From positions 42,098,001-42,162,000 of the forward strand of contig OX597827.1 in assembly GCA_951406725.2 (NCBI GenBank): a stretch of 64,000 bases of DNA. Reading direction: 5' to 3'. Each line of letters opens with the position of its first letter. Within the stretch, counting starts at the first letter, position 1. This stretch comes from Octopus vulgaris (Eukaryota). Of the stretch, positions 27,056 through 40,755 are shown in pieces. The notes beneath the pieces were generated by a model. That model was not told the DNA's origin and made no database searches. It saw only the letters and a program-made list of their open reading frames with translations. The position numbers were made by a program, and so were the translations under genes.

Positions 27056-27108
27056 TGGACGATAGACGCTTATTTACATAATATCGAGGTCTCATTCTTT
27101 TGTTGTCA

Positions 27109-27163
<55 letters not shown>

Positions 27164-27695
27164 ATTGTGTGTGCGTGTGTGTGTGTTTTAGCGGTTCTCT
27201 TTTACTTGTTTCAGTCATTCGACTATGGCCCTCCCCCTCTTTGTGTGCATATTTTAGCACATATATCAGAATGTAAATAAGCAAGAAAGAGACCGGGGAA
27301 AATATATTGAATAAAGTAACAGGCTCAAGTTTGAATAGGATAGAAAAACTTTTAACGTTTCGGATTGAAGTCTTTCACCGAGAAGAACAAATGAGAATTA
27401 AAAAAGAAATTAGAAATAAAGAGAGATGGAAAGTGGAAAGTAAATGTGGAGGGTCGAAAAGTTATCTACGTTGTCAGCATTTTGGTAAATGACGTAAAAA
27501 TCAGGTAGCGAGTAAGAAGTGGCCTTCAGTATTAAAAGAATGTCATAATTAATTATGGGCGAGAATTTGGTGAATGTATTTATAAATATTTAATAGTGAG
27601 AGGGCATGTAAGCAGTATGTGCTGGTCGGTTGTGTATATTTTTAGTATGGATGTGTGTTGTATGTGTATAGATATCAGCGAGTATAGATAACGTA

Positions 27696-28252
<557 letters not shown>

Positions 28253-28259
28253 TATGTGT

Positions 28260-28828
28260 GTGTGTGTTCAAAGTGTCTCTCCGCAGTAAGTATTTTATTG
28301 CAAAATAAATATTTATAAGATGGTATAAGACTACAAAAGAATATATTAGTCTTTACAAGACTTTAAAAAAACTTTATAAACGGTGTTAAAAGTGTCATCC
28401 TTCATTTTCAATACAAAAAATGTAATTTTTTTTTTACTGCCGTGTGAGTACTTCTTAGGTTGATTTCCGTTTCCTGTGAGTGTTTCGTCTGAAAGAACAG
28501 TAGGCCTACCGCTTCTTGGTGCGTCTTCCACTGAGCCTGAGTTTCTAAATTTTCTTATCAAATCCTACACAGTGTCACCATATGGAACAACAGTATTCGG
28601 AAAAGTTTCACTCAACTTCTTTTTCACGGTATCTGTGTATGAGTTTCCAGCACGAAACACCAATTCAACTAAAAACGTACGTTCTACAATGGTTAGCATG
28701 TCAACACGCTGAAGGATACACAATAACTGAAGGAAAATGGCTGACACCCGGCTGCCCACGCAGTGATAGCCAAGTTGCGCATGCGCAGGATGAAAAGTTC
28801 ACTGCGGAGAGACTTTTTGAACACCCTG
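28260..28828 (-). mobile_element. Internally deleted Tc1/mariner transposon
   Basis: ~28-bp TIRs (CAGGGTGTTCAAAAAGTCTCTCCGCAGT). Minus-strand HTH N-terminus MLTIVERTFLVE..DTV*DLIRKFRNSGSVEDAPRSGRP. Confidence 0.85.
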
Positions 28829-28857
28829 TACAGTCGGATTGAGAATATATGTACTCT

Positions 28858-29243
28858 GTGGAGGTGCAATGGCCCAGTGGTTAGGGCAGCGGACTCGCGG
28901 TCGTAGGATCGCGGTTTCGATTCCCAGACCGGGCATTGTGAGTGTTTATTGAGCGAAAACACCTAAAGCTTCACAAGGCTCCTGCAGGGGGTGGTGGTGA
29001 ACCCTGCTGTACTCTTTCACCACAACTTTCTCTCACTCTTTCTTCCTGTTTCTGTTGTACCTGTATTTCAAAGGGGCCAGCCTTGTCACACTCTGTGTCA
29101 CGCTGAATCTCCTCGAGAACTACGTTAAGGGTACACGTGTCTGTGGAATGCTCAGCCACTTGCACGATAATTCCACGAGCAAGCTGTTCCGTTGATCGTA
29201 TCAGCTGGGACCCTCATCGTCGTAACCGACGGAGTGCTCCTAC
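28858..29243 (+). mobile_element. SINE family C (tRNA-derived) with 12-bp TSD
   Basis: A box TGGCCCAGTGG, B box GTTTCGATTCC; TATATGTACTCT at 28846-28857 and 29244-29255. Confidence 0.85.
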
Positions 29244-29360
29244 TATATGTACTCTATGTGTGTGCGTTTGCGTGTGCTAAGCATGAATAATTGTGTGCGT
29301 TGGTTTTAAAAGTGTACGAGTATACTTGTGTATATATATATATATATGTGTGTAGGCTTT

Positions 29361-29734
29361 AAGGCGGTGAGCTAGCAGAAACATTAGCACGCCGGACGAA
29401 ATGCTTAACTGTATTTCGTCTGCCGCTACGTGTTCTGAGTTCACATTCCGCCGAGGTCGACTTTGCCTTTCATACTTTCGGGGTCGATTAAATGAAGTAC
29501 CAGTTACGCACTGGGGTCGATATAATCGACTTAATCCGTTTGTCTGTCCTTGTTTGTTCTCTATAGTGATATTTCGTCTGCTATTACGTTCTGAGTTAAA
29601 ATTCCGCCGAGGTCGGCTTTGCCTTTCATTCTTTCGGGGTCGATAAATTAATTACCAGTTACGTATTGGGGACGATCTAATCGACTGGTCCCTTCCCCAA
29701 AATTTCGGGCCTTGTGCCTAAAGTAGAAAAGAAT
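29361..29734 (+). mobile_element. SINE family B, dimeric
   Basis: Head, two modules and the GTAGAAAAGAAT tail. Confidence 0.85.
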
Positions 29735-29934
29735 ATACACAGGCTTTGTTAATGAGTACGAGTTTATAATATAAGTGCATGAATTTGGTGTATATGTGTG
29801 CTGTGGTAGTAGTGTAGTGGTGGAGTGTGACACAGTGCGCACTAAAATTTTCCAGTACACTGGTGGATGATTAAATTAATTCCTACCTATCAGTGTGTGT
29901 GTGTGTGTGTGTTAAGGGAAACATATGTACTTAC

Positions 29935-30200
29935 GAAGGCGCGTGGCTTTGTGGTTAGGGTATTCGGCTCACGATCGTAGGGTCGCAAGTTCAATTCCTG
30001 GCGGTGCATTGTATCCTTGGGCAAGACGCTTTATTCCACGGGGCCCCAGTCCACTCAGCTGGCAAAAATGAGTAGTACCTGTATTTCAAGGAGTCAGCTT
30101 TGTCACACTCTGTGTCACGCTGAATCTCTGAGAAGTATGTGAAGGGGTACGCGTGTCTGTGGAGCGCTCAGCCACTTGCATGTTAATCTCATGAGCAACT
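29935..30200 (+). mobile_element. SINE family C-related
   Basis: tRNA-like head; body shared with 29060-29180. Confidence 0.75.
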
Positions 30201-30223
30201 TGTTTTTTTCTTTAAAGGAAGTA

Positions 30224-30790
30224 TTGGATTGTCCGGAAAGTTCGTGCCGATTTATAGTAGCTTACCTTTCGGCTTATTTTAGAACATGGTTGAGTCCATA
30301 GAATAGGATTTGACTACACCTCCATTTAGAGCACAGTTTAAGCTATCTATTCGTGGAAGAAGATTTATGTTCCTATAACCTGTGTTAATATTGTAACCCT
30401 TTAAAATGGAAGATAAGAAAGTTCATTTTCGGCACTTGATGCTTTGGGAACCAGACAAAAATTGCTGTAGCTCGGTTGGGATGTGTTACCTCACCCTCCA
30501 TATTCACCAGATATTGCTCCATCGGATTTCCACTTATTCAGGTCTCTGCAGAATAGTCTTAATGGTAAAAATTTCAATTCCTTGGATGACGTAAAAAGAT
30601 ACCTTGATGAATTCTATGCCATGAAACCACCTCAATTCTGGCAAGATGGTATTTTCAAGTTAAAGGAAAGATGGAGACGCATTGTGCAACGAAATGGTTA
30701 ATATTTGGTTGATTAAAAATGTAATGGCAAGTATTTATTGACCTTTTTCTTTCCTTTAAAAATCCTTTAAAAACATTCCGGACAACCCAA
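30224..30790 (+). mobile_element. Internally deleted mariner (Mos1/Hsmar-type)
   Basis: TA-flanked TIRs TTGGATTGTCCGGAA / TTCCGGACAACCCAA. MEDKKVHFRH start joined to LPHPPYSPDIAPSDFHLFRSLQNSL..WRRIVQRNG. Confidence 0.9.
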
Positions 30791-31418
30791 TATATCCAGG
30801 AATACATTGCACGAAGTACAGTACTATTTTTTTCTCTTTTGACAGCAAAGTATGATTTAAGTGTGATTTAGCTGTTATTTCAAGCAGGTTGAATGATCAC
30901 ATGGTTGCACCATTTGAGACTCGTGTTTGGCTGCCATACCTATAAATTGGATCTGCCTTGATTTCACCTTTTTTACCTCTACATTTATTACTCACCTTCC
31001 TTTTGTCTCTTGCTTATAAACTCCTTTATGTCCCAACCCTCTCCCCTACTCTCTCTCTCACACACAAACACACACTCTCTCTCTCTCTCACTCTTAAACC
31101 CCTCTCTTTCTCTTTTTGCATTCCTCTATCTTTCTCTCTCGTTCAATTCCAATTCTCGTTTCATTTGTTATTACGTCAATACACAAGATATCTTTCACTT
31201 TTACAAAGCACCTATTCCTTCGCACTGACATTCGTCTTCTCCCTCACACTCCTTACCTTCTCCTCCTCCTCCCCTCCTTTCCAATTCTATTCTTTTATTT
31301 CTTCCTCGTTTGATATATTGTTAGTCCACATTTTACTATTTCCTTTCTTTCATCTTTACACTGGACTTTTATTTTACAACTTTTTTTCTCTTTTTACTAC
31401 TTTTTCTCTCTTCTCTCT

Positions 31419-31449
<31 letters not shown>

Positions 31450-31691
31450 CTCCCTCTAGCTATCACATTCTCTATATATCTCAACTACATTTTCCTACAG
31501 CCCTCATCTATCAGTGTTTATGGAGTTAACCGTGTTTTATGGCCTTATTCAAAATCTGTTGTTGTTTTTGTTGCTAATGGTGGTGGTGGTGGTGGTGGTG
31601 GTGATGGTGGTATTACATGACCACGTTACTTGGCACTTGCCATTTTCCCCACCTACCCTCCATTTTGATTGCACTCCCATATATCCTTGTA

Positions 31692-31786
31692 TTCTTCTTC
31701 TTCTTCTTCTTCTTCTTCTTCTTCTTCTTCTTCTTCTTCTTCTTTTCTTCTTCTTCTTCTTCTTCTTCTTCTTCTTCTTCTTCTTC

Positions 31787-31881
<95 letters not shown>

Positions 31882-31895
31882 GTTCTTCTTCTTCA
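31692..31895. repeat. (TTC)n(TTA)n microsatellite
   Basis: Direct inspection. Confidence 0.95.
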
Positions 31896-32916
31896 ACCCC
31901 TTCACCTCTTCTTTTTTCTTTTCATTTTGCATTCAGTTACTGGTATTTCATTTTATGACTGGATATCAGTGGTGTCAAAAGCAGTGGCAGTAGCAGCAGC
32001 AGTGGCAGCAGCAGCAGCAGCAGCAGCAATAGCAACAGCAACAACAGTAATAATAATAATAATGGTTTCAAATTTTGCCAGAAGTGCAGCCATTTTGGGA
32101 GAGGGGATAAATCGATTGCATCGATCCCAGTACACAACTGGTACTTAATTTATCGATCCCGAAAAAATGAAACGCATTTTAAATTTTGGCAAAAGGGCTA
32201 GCAGTTTCGAAGGAAGGGTTAAGTCGATTACATCGACCCCGAAGGGTCCTCGAAACGCAGAATGTAAGTAAAGAGCCGGGAGAAGTGATGCTAAGCATTC
32301 TGTTCGTTGCGCTAACGATTCTGCTATTTCATCGCCCAACGCTCATGGATACTGAAGATAGTCTACATAAATAATGTAACCCCAACGCTCTTCGAGTGTA
32401 TCAGTCATACGGTGACGAAATGGAAAACTGTTATAACATTAAATTAGCTATTAGAGACAGCAGCGGTATTTATAAGGAATATTAATTAGCTCATCCACTA
32501 TAATGGGATGTGTTGATTAGATCACTTTTAAATTGCTATTAACGTCCAGAGATATAATCTCATGTTGATGACACGTCCTCATTAAGCTCTGACTGAATCG
32601 GCTGACGGAATAATGGTCTGCGACGGCGGATGGCAGTGCCGTGTCAAGTGATTTCACCGATTCACTGTGGCTTTTGAGCGGTGGCTCAACCTCGCACCGA
32701 ATGTAAGAAAGAAAACCAGTCAAACCGATATAGTATAATTATAGCCAAACAGCCTGTGACGTCGCAAAAAGCTGGCAGGCTATAAATGAATGAACTATTT
32801 GTAACAGTGGCATAACTAGATATGTAAACTAAATCACCTTTGAAGTGCTATTGTCCAACGGTACGTTGTTATGTTGACGATGCGTCCTTATTTGGCGCTG
32901 GCTATATTAGCTGACG

Positions 32917-33222
32917 GTGGAGGCACATGGCCTAGTGGTTAGAGCAGCGGACTCGCAGTCGAGGGATCGCGGGTTCGAATCTCAGACCGGGCGATGTGTG
33001 TGTTTATGAGCGAAACACTTAAGCTCCACGCGAGTCCGGCAGCAGATGATGGCGAACTTCTGCTGACTCTTTCGCCATAACTTTCTCTCACTCTTTCCTT
33101 CTGCATCTTGCAGCTCACCTGCGACGGACCGGCGTCCCATCCAGATGGGGATCCTATGCGCCAAGGAAACCGGAAAACCGGCCCTTATGAGCCAGGGATG
33201 GCTCGAGAAGGAACAAACAAAC
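32917..33222 (+). mobile_element. SINE family C with 13-bp TSD
   Basis: A box TGGCCTAGTGG, B box GGTTCGAATC; ATATTAG(C/A)TGACG on both flanks. Confidence 0.85.
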
Positions 33223-34005
33223 ATATTAGATGACGAAATAATCACCAGCAGTGGTGGAGGGTACTTCTTAACCAAGTGATTTTAGCGTTTAATGCGGACT
33301 TTAAGCTCCAGCTCAACCTCGCTTCAATTACCAGAGGGAAACCCAGTCGAACCGATATAGTATAATAATAGCCACACAGTCAGGGATGTTGCAAAAAGGC
33401 AGCGGTGTAAACGGAAAAGTCATCAAAACCAGTCCTGTACTTATAAGAAGAGGAATCTTCTATGCTGACTCACTGTGCACAACGCTACGTTTCTGCCATT
33501 AATAAAATTGCAAAATGAACTGCTATGGGATGCAGGTGTTACAGACAAAACATAAATTATCCCTTGTAGACGGGTAAGTTGAAAATCTTCGCAGAGAGTA
33601 ACAACGATTTATAAAGCCTCACAATTCTCTATGGTTTATAAAGCCTCACAATTCTCTATGGTTTCAGCTCATACTCATGAGAATGAGTATGGGATTGAAC
33701 AAATGCGCCAAAAACGCGATTCAGAAAAGGCAAATAATCTTGTATAGACATTGAAGATAAAAAATTAGATGAAAGTCACCTGGCGCAGGCGTGGCTGTGT
33801 GTAGGTTGCTTTCCAGTCACATGGTTCCGGGTTCAGTCTCACTTCATGGCACCTTGGGCAAGTGTCTTCTACTATAGTCATGGGTCGACTGAATCCTTGT
33901 GAGTGGATTTGGTAGACAGAAACTGAAAGAAGCCCGTCGTATATGTATGTATATATGCATATATGTATATATGCATATATGTATATATGTATATGTATAT
34001 ATTAC

Positions 34006-34213
34006 GGAGATGTACTCGCATAGCAAGTGATTTGATCTGAGATCGCGTGCTGAAACGAAAACAATTGCAGCGGGGAAGGTGTTTGTAAGCCATTTAAGAA
34101 ACACACAAAAGCCGTTCGATTCACTTCAACATTTAAGTTTAATGTTGAAGTGAATCGAACGACTTTTGTGTGTTTATTAAATGGCTTACAAACATCTTCC
34201 ACGCTGCAATTGT
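34006..34213. mobile_element. Fold-back copy of the family also found at 53699-53890
   Basis: 73-bp arms at 34061-34133 and 34141-34213. Confidence 0.85.
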
Positions 34214-34218
34214 ATATA

Positions 34219-34762
34219 TATACAAAATAAGAAAATGGAGAAACACATCTTAATCAATGATCAACTAGCAGATAATACCCAATCACATAATTTATTAAAC
34301 CACTACATATGAACATTAAGGTCAAACATAATAATATAGAACAAAACAATGTACATGAAAGAGTAATATGATACAATAAGTACAGTATGTATAAGTGAAT
34401 ATAAATAAATACAAATATAAATATAAACTACATCTTACAGCTGTTTCAGCCATGCAGATATGGGTACCTCATTAGGCTCATATTAGCCATGTGTGATAGG
34501 TTAATATGTAGTTATAAATGAGACACTTACAAAAATATCCCAAGGCCTCTTCAGAGATTATGAAGAACAAACTAAATTAAATATGAAAATCAGAGGCGGT
34601 ACACCCATACAATAGTGGGTACATACCCATAATATATAATATATAATATAATATACACATAGAAACATACACATATGTAGTGGTTTAATAAACTATGTGA
34701 TTGGGTATTATCTGGTAGTTGATCATTGATTAAGATGTGTTTCTCCATTTTCTTATTTTGTA
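34219..34762. mobile_element. TA-embedded element with ~90-bp inverted arms
   Basis: 34219-34310 vs 34672-34762; encloses an HHR. Confidence 0.8.
34432..34558 (-). ncRNA. Type I hammerhead ribozyme with long stem II
   Basis: Minus strand: ATCT-CTGAAGA-GGCC..(~90-nt hairpin)..GGCT-GAA-ACAGCTGT(palindrome)-A-AGAT; GUA site. Confidence 0.75.
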
Positions 34763-35043
34763 TTATTAATTTGTGGTAAAACATTTTACCTTTGCCCATA
34801 TAATACAGTAAATGAATTAACTGCATCGCAGTTCTTAACATTTATGTATTAACTTTTTGGGGTGCTTCACTAGCAGTATATTGGATATATGTTATCCCAT
34901 GGAGGGTTGCACTTACAACCCCTATCTCAATTTGTATATATATATATATATATATATGTAGGTCCCGGGTTGATTCGGGGTTAACCACAGTAAATAAGGT
35001 ACTCAATACATAGCAGAGTAAAATTAATTTATTATATAGAAGG

Positions 35044-35094
35044 AGCTTCTACAGGACTAGAACTGTTTCATTCAAGAGAAATCTTCAAGAAGCT
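35044..35094 (-). ncRNA. Type I HHR, left-arm copy (C3U)
   Basis: Same as 36124-36174 but the core reads TTGAAGA. Confidence 0.55.
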
Positions 35095-36123
35095 AGTTAA
35101 CAAGAATTGTATTGGCATTTAACATTTAGGCAGGTTTAAAGGGGTGTTGGTGGGGGACTTTTTGGGGGTAGGCATAGCGCAAAATATCATACTTGGGGGA
35201 GTGGTCAAGGAGTCAGTGTTAAATTAGATAGAAGAATAAATAAAAAAATAAAAAAATAAAATAATAAAATAAAAAAATAAATAAAAAAATAAAAAAATCT
35301 ATATATAAAAAAAGGGGAATAGAGTTTTAGGTAAATAAGGAGATTCTCACTTAAACCTATGCACACATGTATACATACATACACACACATACAAACATAT
35401 ATACATATACATACACACATACATACACACACATATATATATACATATATATATATATACATATACATATATATACACATATATATACATATATATATAC
35501 ACATATATATATACATATATATACACATACACGCATACATACACACACATATATATACATATATATACACTTACACATACATATACATATCTACACATAC
35601 ACACACATACTCACATACACGCATACACACACATATCCACACACACACATGCACACACAGCACACTAGTCCCTATATACACATATATACACATACACACA
35701 CATATACACACACACACATACATATACATACATGTATATATATATGTATATATATATGTATATATGTGTGTGTATGTATGTATGTATGTATGTATGTATG
35801 TGTGTATGTATATGTATATATGTTTGTATGTGTGTGTATGTATGTATACATGTGTGCATAGGTATAAGTGAGAATCTCCTTATTTACCTAAAACTCTATT
35901 CCCCTTTTTTTATATATAGATTTTTTTATTTTTTTATTTATTTTTTTATTTTATTATTTTATTTTTTTATTTTTTTATTTATTCTTCTATCTAATTTAAC
36001 ACTGACTCCTTGACCACTCCCCCAAGTATGATATTTTGCGCTATGCCTACCCCCAAAAAGTCCCCCACCAACACCCCTTTAAACCTGCCTAAATGTTAAA
36101 TGCCAATACAATTCTTGTTAACT

Positions 36124-36174
36124 AGCTTCCTGAAGATTTCTCTTGAATGAAACAGTTCTAGTCCTGTAGAAGCT
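36124..36174 (+). ncRNA. Type I hammerhead ribozyme
   Basis: AGCTTC-CTGAAGA-tTTC tctt GAAt-GAA-ACAG ttctagtc CTGT-A-GAAGCT; GUA site, weak stem II. Confidence 0.7.
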
Positions 36175-36185
36175 CCTTCTATATA

Positions 36186-36243
<58 letters not shown>

Positions 36244-36259
36244 CACACACATAAATATC

Positions 36260-36533
36260 TTTTACCTTTGCGTCAGTCATCAAAATGCGGTCATACTGGA
36301 GCATCGCCTCGAAGAAATTTTAGTCGAATGAATCTACGCCCCGCACCGGTTTTCTTTTTTTCTGGTACTTATTCTATCGGGATCTTTTGCCAAACAGCTA
36401 AGTTTACGAGGACATAAACACATAAATACCAGTTGTCAGACGGTGATGGAAACAAAGACAGACACAATTACAAACCGACAGCAGACAGACAGACAGACAG
36501 ACAGACACTCACTCACTCACTCACACACACACA

Positions 36534-36582
<49 letters not shown>

Positions 36583-36745
36583 CGGGTTTCTTCTTTACGT
36601 TTCTGTCTACCAAAACCCACTCACAAAGCTTTGGTCGGCCCGAGGCTATGGTAGAAGACACCTGCCCACGCTGCCACGCATTGGGACTGAACCCAGAACC
36701 GTGTGGTTAGGAAGTAAACTTCTTACCACACAGACACACCTGTAT
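36260..36745 (-). mobile_element. SINE family A, diverged
   Basis: Head and tail similarity to the family. Confidence 0.8.
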
Positions 36746-37425
36746 CTTACACATACATGAATAAGAATAATGATCAGTACGACAATAGAGGATACGACAA
36801 TCGATCAAAATGCTGCGTGCTGTGATCGAACCCAGAACCACGTAATTTCAAAATGAACTACTTAATCATCTATTATATCTGCGTGTAATATTTTTAAAAC
36901 AATCATTAAAAGAAGAAAAAAAAATACCTAGAAAACAGCGACTGCTTGATCACTGATTAAAAGCCGGAGGCGAAAGAAATCGCTAAAACTATTATATTCT
37001 CCCGTTTTCAATAACTGTCTCTTGTCCAAGTAGGATGTCATAATTTCCTTGTCTCTAAGTATTTTTTTGTGTTTTCCATTTTTAAATATTTTAGTTGTTG
37101 ATTTCAAGGATTCGATTTAAAGAAGCAAAAAAAAAAAAAACTGTTTCCTCCTTGTCTTCTTTTATTTTCCTCAGTCGAATTCTTCTGAATTATATATTAT
37201 TATCTAGTAGCCATTTTGTTGTAAAAATTGATGCTAGAAAAAAAAGACAAAAATTTTATCGTTTAAACGATTGTCTAATTTTAATTACCACTGTGCGTGG
37301 ATCTGTGTATGTCTGTATGTTCACAAATATATAAATCTACACACACACACATATATATATATGTATTTCTATATGTATATATATATATATGTATGTATGT
37401 ATATATGTATATGTATATGTATATA

Positions 37426-37469
<44 letters not shown>

Positions 37470-37872
37470 TATATATATATATATGTATATATATATGTAT
37501 ATATATATATATGTATATATATATATTATGTATATATATGTATATATATATATATCTATTGTGGGTATATATATACTTAAATACATACCTACACACACAT
37601 ATATGTATATATATAAACACATATATATGTTTATATATGTATCTATATACACACACATACACACATGCATGCATATATACGTACATATGTGTGTGTGTGT
37701 ATGTGTGTGTATGTGAAACTAATGTTTGCTCTTATATCGCTTGATATTTACAAAGTCGTTCACGCCTCTTCGTTACTGAAACTTGGACAAACTTATATTC
37801 ATATATGTTCTAGTCTGTTGCTGTGTCTTGGTATTATAACTGTATATTAAGTAATGCATTTCATATTTAACA

Positions 37873-38220
37873 AACATGACGCGACAAGGTTACCAATGTT
37901 GAAGTGCTGGTACAGACAAATCTTCAAAGCATGACAACTATCTTGTGTATGAGAAGACTGAGGTGACTGGGGCATGTCAGGCAAATAGATGACCAGCAAA
38001 TCCCGAAGGAACTGCTTTATGGAGAACTGGCCCAAGGCAAGAGACCAAGAGGAAGACCAAAATTGAGGTATAAGGACACTTGCAAACGTTTGAGGTGGAT
38101 GTTGGCACCTGGGAAGAGAGGGCTGAGGACAGAACAACATGAAGGACTGTGATGAAGGAAGGAAGTGCTTCGCTAGAGAGCAGCTATAGAAACAAACAAG
38201 TTGGGAAGTGTCAGCGGCGA
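37873..38220 (+). mobile_element. RTE-clade LINE C-terminal fragment (decayed)
   Basis: RDKVTNVEVL..RRLR*LGHVRQIDDQQIPKELLYGELAQGKRPRGRPKLRYKD. Confidence 0.85.
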
Positions 38221-38239
38221 AAGGAAAACAACAGAAAGG

Positions 38240-38720
38240 CAGAGCACCAAACCACCCTCTTGGTATACAACGCGATCCGTCGAAAGGATAACCCCGAGAA
38301 CAAATAAATAAGAACCCACAGTATGAAAAGGAATACTGGTGGAGTGCTCCAGTGAAGACCTTAATAAAATGTAAGCACAGTTGATCTGATATAATGATTT
38401 GGTATAGAGAAGAGAACCTGTGAACAGTTGTGGAAATCAGCTGCCCAGTGGACGTTATCATAAAGCTGAAGATCAGTGAAAAAGAGAAAACCTACGCTGA
38501 AATATTGAGAAATCTTCAGCTAATCTATCCAGATTACAAGTTTAGGTTTATGCCTGTAATTATTGGGGCACTGGAATATGTAACACACTGCCTAAATACC
38601 AAGCATGAGAAATTGTTTCTCAAAATCAGAAAGAAGAAAGCTGATTCGAAGACCATAATTCTAAGCCATCACGGGAACTGTAAAAATCTGTAAAACTTTC
38701 CAAAAGTTTTATCATTTAAG
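38240..38720 (+). mobile_element. Restriction-like endonuclease domain of an R4/NeSL-type non-LTR retrotransposon (decayed)
   Basis: EYWW..PVKT..SDIMIW..VVEISCPVD..EKEKTYAEIL..MPVIIGAL matches the PD-(D/E)xK RLE C-terminal pattern. Confidence 0.7.
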
Positions 38721-38897
38721 TATATATGAGCATGTCTAGACATGCAAAAGTATATACATGAGAAAACATACATCAAACAAAACATACAAAATTGCATGTA
38801 TACATACACACAAAAATACCTTGTTGTTGATGCTGGCATTCCGGTGAAGGAGCTTTGGATCTCGATTCGAAACCGACTCTTTCTCTATTGGCAAGAA

Positions 38898-39019
38898 TCT
38901 CCAGGGATACAGGCATCCAGCAACAGGACCTCCGTAATGCTATGATGGACCGTGAAGTCTGGCGCAACATGGTAAATTCCATTGTCTCGACCACGGTCGA
39001 ACAATGATGAATGATGATG
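38898..39019 (+). mobile_element. 5'-truncated RTE-type insertion with TSD
   Basis: SRDTGIQQQDLRNAMMDREVWRNMV plus (ATG)n tail; ATTGGCAAGAA at 38887-38897 and 39020-39030. Confidence 0.8.
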
Positions 39020-39388
39020 ATTGGCAAGAAATCTCGAAATAAAACTGATTGATATACATACATATACATCCACTCTGGCAGTATAACTTGTTTGCAAGTT
39101 TCTAAGATGCACATTAAAAAATCTATTTAACAGGATGAAACGAATCTTTTGACCATACAACTATAACTTCCCTCTCATATGTTTCCTCAGCTGATGGTGA
39201 AGACGCTGTTTACTAATCCAGTAATATTACGAAAGAATGTTATGAATCTCTGAATATTTTACAACACATTTTATAACACATTTTATAACACATTCTTTGT
39301 TAAGGAAATATCTGTAAGATGATGTAACAATATGCTATAACCATTACTATTCTGTATTGTTGTATACATGTAAACATATATATGTATG

Positions 39389-39419
<31 letters not shown>

Positions 39420-39450
39420 AATGTATATATATATACATATATATATATAC

Positions 39451-39505
<55 letters not shown>

Positions 39506-39635
39506 TATACATACATACACACATTCACACGCATACACACACGCGCATACACATACCAACATATATATGTATATATATATATACATATACATAAGTATAT
39601 ATGCATACTTGTATACAAACATAGGCATGTGTATA

Positions 39636-39669
<34 letters not shown>

Positions 39670-39685
39670 TATATATATATATACA

Positions 39686-40043
<358 letters not shown>

Positions 40044-40293
40044 CGTAAGATTATATCTTATACAGTTACTTAAATCGTACTCATCGACAATTCATACAAG
40101 GATATAGATAATGTATACACATATGTATATACTTGTGGGTGTCAGTATGTCTTGTTTTGTGTTGGTATATTAATTTTTTATTAGCGGATCTTATATTTAA
40201 CAAACATTTCATGAATAAAGTGGCGCCAAAACTTCGCGTGTATATAGGCATTTATGAATAGAAGTATATATAATATATAATGTATGCGTATAC

Positions 40294-40345
<52 letters not shown>

Positions 40346-40564
40346 ACGCATACATTATATATTATATATATATATGCATATGTATATATATATGTATACA
40401 TATTTATATATATATATATGCTTATATATATGCATATATATACATATATATATTCATATATATATATATCATTATATATATAAATATATATATATATATT
40501 CACATATATACACACATGTATGTATGTGTATATATATGTGTGTGTGTGTGTGTATTCATATATA

Positions 40565-40599
<35 letters not shown>

Positions 40600-40700
40600 A
40601 TATATATATGCATATATATACATACATGTATGTATGTGTGTATATATATATGTGTGTATGTGTGTGTGTATTCATATATATATATGTCTGTCTGTCTCTT

Positions 40701-40755
<55 letters not shown>

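Larger units (their letters stand above)
35027..36191. repeat. Large inverted repeat, ~400-bp arms
   Basis: 35027-~35427 vs ~35792-36191; only two mismatches seen in the non-microsatellite part. Confidence 0.9.

Noticed and set aside
27345-27390. GAAACGTT motif on the minus strand as a minimal HHR
   Set aside because: The core reads TCGGTGA and stem II is mismatched; too degraded to call.
28858-28935. SINE heads as tRNA genes (also at 32917 and 11854)
   Set aside because: A and B boxes are present but there is no acceptor stem; they continue into SINE bodies, and the family C copies have TSDs.
30483-30701. SETMAR-like host gene
   Set aside because: It lies within TA-flanked TIRs and has a large internal deletion; a dead mariner.
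33608-33664. 27-bp direct duplication
   Set aside because: Ordinary replication slippage with no further structure.
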